From assembly GCA_040390725.1 (NCBI GenBank), contig JAZJXT010000001.1:6896-70895 (forward strand): a DNA stretch of 64,000 nt, in the 5' to 3' direction. Shown piece by piece: positions 38,757 through 48,118 of the stretch; positions within the stretch are counted from its first letter, which is position 1, and each line of letters begins with the position of its first letter. The stretch comes from Patescibacteria group bacterium. Lineage in GTDB: Bacteria; Patescibacteriota; Minisyncoccia; Phycocordibacterales; UBA9973. The translations under genes and the position numbers were made by a program. A model generated the notes under the pieces. That model saw only the letters and a program-made list of their open reading frames with translations. It was not told the DNA's origin and made no database searches.

Positions 38757-40628
38757 ATGCAAAATAAAATTAAAAATAAATATAATAAAAAAAGTACCGG
38801 TTTTTCAATTATTGAAATTATTTTATCTATTTCTTTATTTTCTATAATAACTCTGGGTGCTATATCTTCCGCCTTATACGGAGAAAGTGCGCAAATACAA
38901 TCCGGCGCTCGCAAGCGTGCGACCCTCATCGCGGATCAGACAGTAGAAATTCTCCGTGCAATTCGTGATTCCTCTTCGAGGGGTTTTGGAGCTATTACTA
39001 TTTCCGGCAGGCATCAAGGCTTGGGCATGCACAATGGCGCATGGACATTGATAGCGGACCCGGATACTGTTGATGATTATTTTTTACGCACTGTGGATGT
39101 CACCTTAGCTGATGATGGTATTGCAAAAAAAATCACCACCACTGTTTGTTGGCCGGCTACTGATTGCCCCAGTGCCGGGGATTCTGTTTCTATAGTTACA
39201 TATTTGACCGACTGGCGCAGTGGCGGGACGGGAACTGCAGGAGGAATAAAAGTTGCGGTCGCTGGTGATGGACAACATGCTTATATGATTACTGATCACA
39301 ACAGTCTCGAAGTTTTTAATATCACTAATCCGGCTCTTAACTCTTGGACACCAATGGGCACAGCGTCACTAGGAGGGGATATCAACGGACTTCCTACCAA
39401 TCTTTTTTATAGTGCTTATGGTGGTCAAAAATTTGTTTACGTGTCATCGAGTAATCCTTCAGCTGGATTTCAAATTGTAAATGTTTCCGATCCTACTTCA
39501 CCGCAAGTTTACGGCACTGCGTATGTCACGGTAGAAGGGGATAGTAATTCTACTGTTGATTCTGTCTGGGCTGATACGCAAACAGGGGAAGCATTTTTAC
39601 TCGCGCACAATAGTGACAGCAGTGTCAGTGAAATTTTTATGGTTGATGCTAGGGATCCTTCGGCTCCTAATATAATTTTACTTCCTACGGCGACATATTC
39701 GGTCGCGAATCAAGTCATAGGAGGTCTAGCCGTCGGAGATATTTCTTCACAACCTAAAATGTGCACGACCGCAGGAGGATCGGTAGCTACAGGTTATTCC
39801 TTGTATTGTTATGATTACAATTTTGATTTTTCTAATCCTACACCAGCGCCTTCTCTGGCTGAAGATGGTGTTTTGAGTACTTCGCATGGTTCTTGGGCTC
39901 CATCTCATACGATTGCTATTTATAATAATGATTATTACACGACTCCTGGAGGACAAATAAGTAAAAATGATTCCACTCCTGTGACTATTTCCAGCAATGA
40001 TATTTATGATATGTCGTTGACCACTCGCGAGGGCAGGCCTTATGCATATTTGGCTGTGCCTAGTGACACGACTGGCTTTAAAGAAGTTGATATTTTTGAT
40101 ATTAATAATCCTGTAATTATAACTGCTAGGAATACTGTCGGTGCACTTTACGGTGTTGTTTATGATAGTACTACAAGTACTCCATATGCTTTTGGTTCGG
40201 ATTCCATCGATGGTTTTGTTTCTTTTTTGCCGACTACTGTAGGAATAAACATGACGCCTTTTGATGGCATAGATGCGACGACGATAAAAGGTTCAGATTT
40301 TGTGCATTGTCTGCCTGTTGTTTCACCGAGTACTGATCATGGTTGTCCGGTAACTTATAGATTAACAAATGTCAGTAGTGGAAATTTAGCTTATACAATA
40401 TCTTCGGACGAGTCATGGGTAGTTCTTTCTGGTTCAGGTAATACTCTTTCACCTACTGATCATGACGATATTATTGCATCTGTGGATGTTGCAGAAGTTA
40501 ATACTGCTAATTTGAGTGAAGGCACTCATTCTGCCACTATTACTTTGACTTATGGTTCCACGCACATTACTCGTACGGTTTCTTTAATAGTGAATCCTGC
40601 AGTAGGAACAAAAGTCCGCGCGCAGTAA
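38757..40628 (+). CDS. large minor pilin with propeller-like and C-terminal BACON-like domains
   Basis: STG|FSIIEI, TYLTDWR, FQIVNVSDP/FKEVDIFD blades, YTISSDESWV..GTHSATITL. Confidence 0.8.
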   Translation: MQNKIKNKYNKKSTGFSIIEIILSISLFSIITLGAISSALYGESAQIQSGARKRATLIADQTVEILRAIRDSSSRGFGAITISGRHQGLGMHNGAWTLIADPDTVDDYFLRTVDVTLADDGIAKKITTTVCWPATDCPSAGDSVSIVTYLTDWRSGGTGTAGGIKVAVAGDGQHAYMITDHNSLEVFNITNPALNSWTPMGTASLGGDINGLPTNLFYSAYGGQKFVYVSSSNPSAGFQIVNVSDPTSPQVYGTAYVTVEGDSNSTVDSVWADTQTGEAFLLAHNSDSSVSEIFMVDARDPSAPNIILLPTATYSVANQVIGGLAVGDISSQPKMCTTAGGSVATGYSLYCYDYNFDFSNPTPAPSLAEDGVLSTSHGSWAPSHTIAIYNNDYYTTPGGQISKNDSTPVTISSNDIYDMSLTTREGRPYAYLAVPSDTTGFKEVDIFDINNPVIITARNTVGALYGVVYDSTTSTPYAFGSDSIDGFVSFLPTTVGINMTPFDGIDATTIKGSDFVHCLPVVSPSTDHGCPVTYRLTNVSSGNLAYTISSDESWVVLSGSGNTLSPTDHDDIIASVDVAEVNTANLSEGTHSATITLTYGSTHITRTVSLIVNPAVGTKVRAQ

Positions 40629-40699
40629 AATGCAGATTGGGTAAAAAAATAACCATTCACGATTGTAAATGGTTATAATGCCGAATCTCGGCAAAAAAA

Positions 40700-41542
40700 T
40701 TATCTGTGGTGCATGCCACCATGACCACCTGATGGTCCTTGGGTAGCATTACCTTGATGTATTCCAGGGCTCCCGTGCACTCCAGGGTTTCCTTGATGAT
40801 TAACTCCAACATTGGTATTAGCACGAGGAATTGTTACAATCCCTGTACTTTTTACACCCGTCGTGTTTTGGTGCCACTGCATCGTCTGGTTGTTGGGCTG
40901 AGTAATTTGCCCATTGCCACGACTAGGTGTAGTGGTAGTAGTGATCAAGCCCTTATTATTAGTTACAGGATTTGTAACTGCTGCAGGGCGAGACTTACTT
41001 TCCTCATAGCGCTTAGCGGCTTCTGTTGTTGTGGGTGTGCGGTTGGCAACATTGTTGGGCGAAGAAACTTTTGTATAATTTCTTGTACCATTTGTGTTGC
41101 CGGATCTTCCGGTAGAAGAGTTTCGGTTTGGGTTGTTAGCGAACAATGTGGTCGTTCGGTGTCCATGATTCCCGCTAATGGTATTAGAAAAAATACCATT
41201 CCCTTTGGAAAACATTCCACTATTCCGATAAAATCCATTAATACCATACATGCCATAATAGCCCATACCGTAATAACCTCCCATAAATCCATACCCCATA
41301 CCAACTCCCCAGCCATAGCCGAAGAATCCTAGGTATGGTAAACCAAATCCGTATCCCATCATGCCATATCCATACCCCATGTACGGATAACTCCATACAT
41401 TATTTAGGCCTTGATAATTGCCTATGTTGTTCGTATGGAAAACGACTTCATGCACGGTGTGCACAGTTGTTGTGGTTTTTCTACCACAAGAAACTAGGGC
41501 CATCATCACGATGGCGAACGAAATCAAAACTGAGTTTTTCAT
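40700..41542 (-). CDS. putative lipoprotein with Gly/Tyr/Met-rich and Asn/Thr-rich low-complexity regions
   Basis: lipobox-like LVS|C at aa 19; GYGYGMMGYG tract. Confidence 0.7.
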   Translation of the reverse strand: MKNSVLISFAIVMMALVSCGRKTTTTVHTVHEVVFHTNNIGNYQGLNNVWSYPYMGYGYGMMGYGFGLPYLGFFGYGWGVGMGYGFMGGYYGMGYYGMYGINGFYRNSGMFSKGNGIFSNTISGNHGHRTTTLFANNPNRNSSTGRSGNTNGTRNYTKVSSPNNVANRTPTTTEAAKRYEESKSRPAAVTNPVTNNKGLITTTTTPSRGNGQITQPNNQTMQWHQNTTGVKSTGIVTIPRANTNVGVNHQGNPGVHGSPGIHQGNATQGPSGGHGGMHHR

Positions 41543-41706
41543 AAGTGAAATATTAAAAGTTTTTTAGATTCAAAGTTAAAATACACGAACCAAATTTTAT
41601 TTTAGTTGTTGTATTTTAACTTCAAAATCTTTAAAACTCATATTTTCAAGGAACTAAAGACCTCGATAAGTATACACCTTTCATTCAAAAATGTCAAGGT
41701 CATAAA

Positions 41707-41729
41707 CCCCGATGTCGGACATATGGAAA
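41707..41729. repeat. half copy of the REP-like palindrome, 3' of recG
   Basis: ccccgatgtcggacatatggaaa identical to 16447-16469. Confidence 0.85.
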
Positions 41730-41746
41730 AGCCTTATTTATAAGCT

Positions 41747-43981
41747 TTATTCGAAATGAAACTCGCCAGCTTTTGATTTTACTGTTTGTTTTAAGAGGGG
41801 ATATTTTATAAGTTCCGGATCTTCATAAATAAGTCGCACGGCTTCATTGCGGGCTGCTTCAACCATTTTTATATTTTTTATCGCTTCCATGCCGAGGTCG
41901 GTGATGCCCCATTGTTTTCCGCCGGAAAGCTCGCCGGCTCCGCGCAAAGTCAAATCAAGCTCTGCCAGTTCAAAACCATTTTTGGCATTTTTCAAAGCTT
42001 TTAACCTTTGCAAAGTTTTATCAGTTTTAGCATCAGCAAAAACATAACAGTAGGCTTGGTGTGAACTGCGGATGACGCGTCCACGGAGCTGGTGGAGTTG
42101 TGCTAGGCCGAATCTTTCCGCGCCCTCTATTATTATTACTGTGGCATTTGGTACATTCACTCCGACTTCAACCACAGACGTGGCGCACAAAATATTTATT
42201 TTGCCATTTGTAAAATCTTCCATTACTTCTTCTTTTTTTTGCTTGGACATTTTTGAATGAAGCACGCCGATTTCATATTCCGGGAAAATTTCTTTTTTTA
42301 ATCTTTTTGCTTCTGATGTTACGGATTTTAGGTCAAGCTTCACCCCTTGAAATTTTTCCACCTTGCGCCCTTCCCGGAGTACCGGTTGGGACCCTCGGGC
42401 AGGAAAAATTTCAAGGGATTCAGCTTCTTGGTCTTCGAAAATCCTCGGACAAATAACATAAAGCTGTCTGCCTTTTTTCATTTCTTCTTTTATTTTTTCA
42501 TAAGTTTCATTTCTTTTATCCGGCGTGATTATCTCGGTAATTATTTGTTTTCTACCAGCGGGCATTTCTTCGAGTAGTGATAAATCCAAATCGCCATAAA
42601 TTGTGAGGGCGAGTGTGCGGGGGATAGGCGTCGCTGTCATGGATAGTAGATGTGGCGCAACGCCATCTTTCCTGGTTAATTTTCTTCTTTGCATTGTGCC
42701 AAAGCGATGCTGTTCATCTATCACAACTAATGCCAAGTTTTTAAATTTAACGGATTTTTGGATCAGGGCGTGCGTGCCTATTAAAATAGGTATTTCGCCA
42801 TTTGCTGTCCATTTTAAAAGTTGTGCGCGGGAAATGTCAGTCCAGCCCGAAGGGTTTACTTTTGATGGGAATTTTTTACATCCCGATCCGGTAATAAGCC
42901 CTATGCTTATACCGGTGTTAACAAAATATTTTATAAATGATTCGAAATGTTGTGATGCTAATATTTCTGTCGGAGCCATGTAGCCCACTTGTAAATTACC
43001 GAATTTTTGTCCATCGGGTCTTTGCATAACCGTAGCATAAGTCGCTGTCGCGGCGACGGCTGTTTTACCGGACCCGACATCACCCTCGAGGAGCCGAGAC
43101 ATGGGGAAATTTTTCCCAATGTCTTCCAGAATTGTTTTTATGGATTTTTCTTGGGAATTAGTCGGCATGAAGGGGAACTTAGAAATAAAATTCTCAACAT
43201 TTTTTTTATCCGGAGTAATTTGGAATGATTTATTTTTTCTGTATATAAATTTATCATGCTGGCGTTCAAGCTGGATGCAAAAAACTTCTTCAAAAGCGAA
43301 ACGCTTGCGCGCCACCTCGGCATCATTTTTATTTTTTGGTTTATGCACCCAGACTAGTGCTGTTTTTAGGGTTGGTAAATTATATTTTTTTAAAATCTCT
43401 GCCGGAATGTAGTCTATGATATCATCCAAAGTTTTATCATTTAATATTTTTACAATCGCGTGATAGAACCATTTGCTCGTGATGCCTCGGGTTTCCGGAT
43501 AAACAGGATAAGAGAAGCCTTCATTTTTTATGCCTTCTTTGGCAAATAAATTATCATGTGAATCTATCGGCATATTTGGTATTTTTACAAATTCAGGATT
43601 GGCTAAATATACTCCATTTTTTCCTTCTGTTATTTTCCCTGTGAGCATCACGGTGTCGCCTTCATGTATCATTTTTGCCAGGTAGGCCTGGTGGAACCAT
43701 GTAATTTTTATTTTTCCTGAGAGGTCTTCGACTTCACCTTCGCCCATCGGTATCTTGGAATGAAAACTTTTTTTGGTTTTTAGTTTTGAAATTTTTCCAC
43801 AAACTGTGGCAGTTTCACTCGGTATGAGTTCTGATATTTTTTTTATTTGGCTGATATCTGAATACCTGACAGGGAAGTGAAAAAGTAAGTCGTGCACCGA
43901 AAAAAGGTTGAGCTTGCGCAGGGCTTTTTTCTGATTTTCGTCCAAGCGGAATTTAGATTCAAGCTTGTCGTGTAGTTCCAT
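41747..43981 (-). CDS. recG: ATP-dependent DNA helicase RecG
   Basis: RLLEGDVGSGKT, DEQHRFG, MTATPIPRTL, QLHQLRGRV. Confidence 0.97.
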   Translation of the reverse strand: MELHDKLESKFRLDENQKKALRKLNLFSVHDLLFHFPVRYSDISQIKKISELIPSETATVCGKISKLKTKKSFHSKIPMGEGEVEDLSGKIKITWFHQAYLAKMIHEGDTVMLTGKITEGKNGVYLANPEFVKIPNMPIDSHDNLFAKEGIKNEGFSYPVYPETRGITSKWFYHAIVKILNDKTLDDIIDYIPAEILKKYNLPTLKTALVWVHKPKNKNDAEVARKRFAFEEVFCIQLERQHDKFIYRKNKSFQITPDKKNVENFISKFPFMPTNSQEKSIKTILEDIGKNFPMSRLLEGDVGSGKTAVAATATYATVMQRPDGQKFGNLQVGYMAPTEILASQHFESFIKYFVNTGISIGLITGSGCKKFPSKVNPSGWTDISRAQLLKWTANGEIPILIGTHALIQKSVKFKNLALVVIDEQHRFGTMQRRKLTRKDGVAPHLLSMTATPIPRTLALTIYGDLDLSLLEEMPAGRKQIITEIITPDKRNETYEKIKEEMKKGRQLYVICPRIFEDQEAESLEIFPARGSQPVLREGRKVEKFQGVKLDLKSVTSEAKRLKKEIFPEYEIGVLHSKMSKQKKEEVMEDFTNGKINILCATSVVEVGVNVPNATVIIIEGAERFGLAQLHQLRGRVIRSSHQAYCYVFADAKTDKTLQRLKALKNAKNGFELAELDLTLRGAGELSGGKQWGITDLGMEAIKNIKMVEAARNEAVRLIYEDPELIKYPLLKQTVKSKAGEFHFE
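42344..42417. repeat. 74-bp hairpin element inside recG coding sequence
   Basis: 16-bp perfect arms cccttgaaatttttcc / ggaaaaatttcaaggg around a GC-rich nested stem. Confidence 0.8.
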
Positions 43982-43995
43982 ATTGAAGTTTTAAA

Positions 43996-44373
43996 CTAGG
44001 ATCCGATCAGACCTTTAATTTTAGTTGCCAGTTCATCTAGAGTAAAATTAGACTTTACCATGAATTCACTGATACCGAGCTTTTGAGCGCGCTTGATGTC
44101 TTTTTCTTCGGATAGGTTTGAGAATACAATAACAGGAATAGTTAGGAATTCTTTATTTTGTCTGATTCTTTCTAGGATCATAAAACCGTCTACTTCGGGG
44201 AGCAAAAGGTCGAGAAGTATGAGGTCTAGCTTGTTCTTTGGGTCGTCTATTATTTTAAATGCTTCTACGCTATTGCCCGCAGCTAAAACATCGTAGCCTT
44301 CCTTTTTTAGCTTTGTAGCTTCGAGTCCTTGCAAGAAATTGTCATCTTCTATTATAAGTATTATTTTTGCCAT
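43996..44373 (-). CDS. single-domain response regulator
   Basis: IIEDD, LLDLLLPEVDG, FSNL, MVKS. Confidence 0.93.
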   Translation of the reverse strand: MAKIILIIEDDNFLQGLEATKLKKEGYDVLAAGNSVEAFKIIDDPKNKLDLILLDLLLPEVDGFMILERIRQNKEFLTIPVIVFSNLSEEKDIKRAQKLGISEFMVKSNFTLDELATKIKGLIGS

Positions 44374-44432
44374 GTTTTTATTATGCTATTGATACATTAC
44401 TATTATATTACTACTGAAAATAAATGCAACCA

Positions 44433-45200
44433 TTAAATTTGGGCTTGTTTAAATTCCGGTATTTTAAAGAAAAATGTAGTGCCTGCTTCTTTTTCACTTT
44501 CAAACCAGATTTTCCCTCCATGATCCTCAACTATTTTTTTAATAGTAAAAAGCCCTATACCTGAACCGATGATTTCTTTTTTTTGAGCTTCCGGGTCGCG
44601 ATAAAACTTTTCAAAAAGTTTCTTTTTTCCGTCTTCTGATATACCTATACCGGTGTCTTTGACGGAAATTTCCATAAATCCGTCGCCGTCTTTTCTGATA
44701 GTTATAAAAACTTTTCCGTGATCGTTGCTGTACTTTATCGCATTCTCTAAAATATTTTGAAACACTACTCTGATTTTTTCTTTGTCTGCCCTTAATGCGG
44801 GCATTTTTTCTTCGGGTTTTAAGAATATTATTTCAATGCCTTTATTGTAAGCTTCTCCGGAAAAGTCGAAAATAGAGTGCTCGATTATTTCTGCCATATC
44901 TACAGATTCGAAAACATATTTTTTTTCTGTGGTATTTTCTGTTTTATTTGCTAAAAGTAGTTCATTGACTATGCCTATCGCTCGGTCATTGCCTTCATAA
45001 GCTTTACGCATTAAATTTTCTTGTTCGGGTGTAGCCTTACCCAAGTCACCATCAAGGAACATTTTAATAATCCATTTCAATGCGGAAAGGGAAGTACGTA
45101 TCTGATGCGCGCTGATAGAAACGATATCAGACTTTACTGAAAGTGATTGCTTTAATTTATCATTTTCCTCCTGCAGATTTTTTATTTCATTTTCATCCAT
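44433..45200 (-). CDS. histidine kinase without an input domain
   Basis: SAHQIRTSL at about aa 32, NILENAIKY, DTGIGI, GSGIGL. Confidence 0.9.
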   Translation of the reverse strand: MDENEIKNLQEENDKLKQSLSVKSDIVSISAHQIRTSLSALKWIIKMFLDGDLGKATPEQENLMRKAYEGNDRAIGIVNELLLANKTENTTEKKYVFESVDMAEIIEHSIFDFSGEAYNKGIEIIFLKPEEKMPALRADKEKIRVVFQNILENAIKYSNDHGKVFITIRKDGDGFMEISVKDTGIGISEDGKKKLFEKFYRDPEAQKKEIIGSGIGLFTIKKIVEDHGGKIWFESEKEAGTTFFFKIPEFKQAQI

Positions 45201-45266
45201 GATTATATTGTAGCATTTCTTATATAAAACTAGAAATAAACTAAAATTTATGTTAAGTTGTTATAT

Positions 45267-46004
45267 ATGATTCTATTTTTTATAGCAATAGCGACTGCTT
45301 TATCTACTTTTTTTGGCGGGTTGTTTGCTCTTAAGTTTAAAGATAAAACACATTTAATAGTTGGTTTTTCGGCTGGTGCTGTGATAGGTGTGGCGTTTTT
45401 TGATTTACTTCCGGAGGCACTTGAGCTTAGTTCTTCTTATGTTATTTCAATAGTCACTGGAGTCGTAGCTCTGGGTTTTGTTACATATTTAATTTTAGAC
45501 AGAATGTTGGGTTTGCATGCTCACACTGAAAGCATTTGTGAAGATGAAGAAAATCACGTCCATGAACATATGCACAGGGGAATATTGCGAGCGAGCAGTT
45601 TGTCAGTGCATAGCTTTTTGGACGGGCTTGGTATAGGGTTGGCATTTAAAGTTTCTCCGGCACTTGGCGTCGTCGTTGCCGTAGCAGTACTCGCTCATGA
45701 TTTTTCCGATGGTATAAACACTGTGACTGCTATTTTTAAATCCGGCGGAAATAAAGCTCGCGCATTCAAATGGCTTTTAGTTGATGCAATTACTCCGGTT
45801 TTGGGAATTATTTTTTCTTTATTTATTACAGTTAAAGAATCAACCCTAGGTTTGATTCTCGCTCTTTTTGCCGGTTTCTTTTTTTACATTGGCGCTTCTG
45901 ACCTGGTGCCCGAGAGTTATCACGCACACCCTACAAAATGGACAACCATTGCCACTGTTTTAGGAATAGCGTTTATTTTTGTCGTTATAAATTTAGCGCA
46001 ATAA
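45267..46004 (+). CDS. ZIP family metal transporter
   Basis: LLPEA, His-rich loop, HSFLDG, AHDFSDG. Confidence 0.92.
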   Translation: MILFFIAIATALSTFFGGLFALKFKDKTHLIVGFSAGAVIGVAFFDLLPEALELSSSYVISIVTGVVALGFVTYLILDRMLGLHAHTESICEDEENHVHEHMHRGILRASSLSVHSFLDGLGIGLAFKVSPALGVVVAVAVLAHDFSDGINTVTAIFKSGGNKARAFKWLLVDAITPVLGIIFSLFITVKESTLGLILALFAGFFFYIGASDLVPESYHAHPTKWTTIATVLGIAFIFVVINLAQ

Positions 46005-46014
46005 TAAATAAATT

Positions 46015-46278
46015 TTACTTTTCTATTTCTTTAGTTTCTAAAGTTTTTAAAACATATTTACTGATAAAAACTATTAGCATTGTTAAAATAATTGCGTATA
46101 AAAACTTTGCTGTTATGGAATTTTGATTGAGAGGGAAAAGGTATTCGATCGATGAGCGGATGGCATCATTCCAAGCTAGACCCACCACCAACCCAAGTGC
46201 TGTCAAAATATACCCGAAAGTTTGTCTTTGTATATCTCTATTTACTTTTGCAATTTTTTTGATTACCTCTTCTTTCAT
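46015..46278 (-). CDS. DUF5654-like small membrane protein
   Basis: ALGLVVGLAWNDAI. Confidence 0.8.
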   Translation of the reverse strand: MKEEVIKKIAKVNRDIQRQTFGYILTALGLVVGLAWNDAIRSSIEYLFPLNQNSITAKFLYAIILTMLIVFISKYVLKTLETKEIEK

Positions 46279-46420
46279 TGGTTTATTATAGCATTTTTAG
46301 TGTTTAATTTTAGTTTGACAAGTAGAATTATTTACATTAGTATGCTGTTTAGATTTATAACCTTTGTTCGGTTAAAAAATCCCGCAAATTCTCGAATTTT
46401 TAACTTTTTAAAACTGAATA

Positions 46421-48040
46421 ATGAAAGCAAAAACTTTAGTTAAGACACAGCCCTTTAAGGTTGTGTTAAATGGAGGCAGTGACATAATGGAATCTGCAAC
46501 CATTCCGGTGACTTTTTTCTTTGATGATTCTATCATTGAAAAAGAACCGCATTTTATCCTAGTGATTGAGCAGAGTGAAAAAGAATCAAAGCTCGATGAT
46601 GGCAATGCTCCTACTCAAGGGCATAGGCAAATCGTGAAAGTTGAAGATGGAGTAATCCATATTCAATTTTTGTCATCCGGATGGCATAGGATTGTTTTTA
46701 TTGTGGTGGGTGATATTGATTCCGACACAAGAAAAAAATTCCTTAAAAAAGTTGATCGTAAAAATTATGATTACAATTTGCCATGGCAAGACATGACTTC
46801 GACTTCGTTGTCTGAAAAGTGGTCTAATTATCATTTTCTAACTTCTACTGTTGCAGAACCAGAGGTGCCTAAAGAATTATTCTCTAAAAAAGGAGGTGGC
46901 ACGGTTCTCGGAAAAGCTTTTTATGATTACGTAAATCGTTGGTACGAAGTTGAAACCAAAGATCCATGCAAGCTAAGAAGAAGAATACCGTTTACTCTTT
47001 TTGTCCAAACGCCATTGATACTTTTAGGCAGAATTTTTACTTTTATTGCAGCCTCGATCATTTTTTTATTTCTTTTTATTTGCCGTGTTGTAATGTCTTT
47101 TCTTGGATTTATGCCTGCAGGACTTACTGATACAAACAAGGTTTTATGGAGAGATTTATTTTGGCGAGGAATGCTGAAAAGCTCAGAAAAAATCGAAAAT
47201 GTTTGCAAGTTTCCATTTGATTTGGAAAATTACAGGAGATTTACTAATGAAAAAAGACATTCTAATTTGGAATATGTTCCGACTACTCCGCTTGAACTGT
47301 CCATTATTGGCGGTTTAATTTATTTCTTAGTTTATGACTTTAAGAATATAAACTGGCTGGAGTGGGGATGGTGGATTCCGGAATGTTGTGGTATTGTTAT
47401 GTTTCTTTCAAGTATAGTAAGTCGTATTCTAAAAATGAAAAACGAAGCAAGATGGGGTACTCGAGTTATCGGCACGGGTATTCTTTTCGCCTTGTGGTTT
47501 CTGATGTGGTTTGTTCTCAATACCTGGAAACCAACTCTTTGGTTCTTTGGTAAGATTGGAGAATTTTTTGGTTATATTTGGGAGGCTCTTTTTTCAGCCA
47601 CTTATCGTGTTCCTCAAATAGACACACACCAAGTTGTTCAATCTTTTGATTTTCCTTGGATGAATGTTTTACTGGTTCTTTTTTCAGTTGTTTTGATCGT
47701 TTCTGTATTTAAAAAATACAGTTTATGGGAGAAGCTTACTCAGGCATGGAATAAATGGCTCGAGCAGATGAAGGAAAAAAATGCCTTAATAAGGATCGAA
47801 AGACAGAAAACTCTTGATGCTAAAAATAAATTAAAGAGAGAAGCAAGAGAGGAAAGAAAAAGAAGACAGAATACAACTTATAAGGAATGGCTTTCAGGGT
47901 TTCATATTAAGAATGCTACCGAAAAAGTTGAACTTTCCAAGATTCCGGTTCCAATGGAAACAACAAGACAAGTTGTGCAAAAATTTAAAGTTGCATTTTG
48001 GTTCACAAAGGCTCGCATTTGCAAGCCTTATGAGGAGTAA
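46421..48040 (+). CDS. multi-TM hypothetical protein with C-terminal coiled coil
   Basis: 539-aa ORF with several hydrophobic helices. Confidence 0.75.
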   Translation: MKAKTLVKTQPFKVVLNGGSDIMESATIPVTFFFDDSIIEKEPHFILVIEQSEKESKLDDGNAPTQGHRQIVKVEDGVIHIQFLSSGWHRIVFIVVGDIDSDTRKKFLKKVDRKNYDYNLPWQDMTSTSLSEKWSNYHFLTSTVAEPEVPKELFSKKGGGTVLGKAFYDYVNRWYEVETKDPCKLRRRIPFTLFVQTPLILLGRIFTFIAASIIFLFLFICRVVMSFLGFMPAGLTDTNKVLWRDLFWRGMLKSSEKIENVCKFPFDLENYRRFTNEKRHSNLEYVPTTPLELSIIGGLIYFLVYDFKNINWLEWGWWIPECCGIVMFLSSIVSRILKMKNEARWGTRVIGTGILFALWFLMWFVLNTWKPTLWFFGKIGEFFGYIWEALFSATYRVPQIDTHQVVQSFDFPWMNVLLVLFSVVLIVSVFKKYSLWEKLTQAWNKWLEQMKEKNALIRIERQKTLDAKNKLKREAREERKRRQNTTYKEWLSGFHIKNATEKVELSKIPVPMETTRQVVQKFKVAFWFTKARICKPYEE

Positions 48041-48118
48041 TTGATTTGATACCGTTGTGATTTTCGAAAGGAAACGCACGGTATTTTTTTTTGCCTATTT
48101 ATTTGTTATACTTGCACA

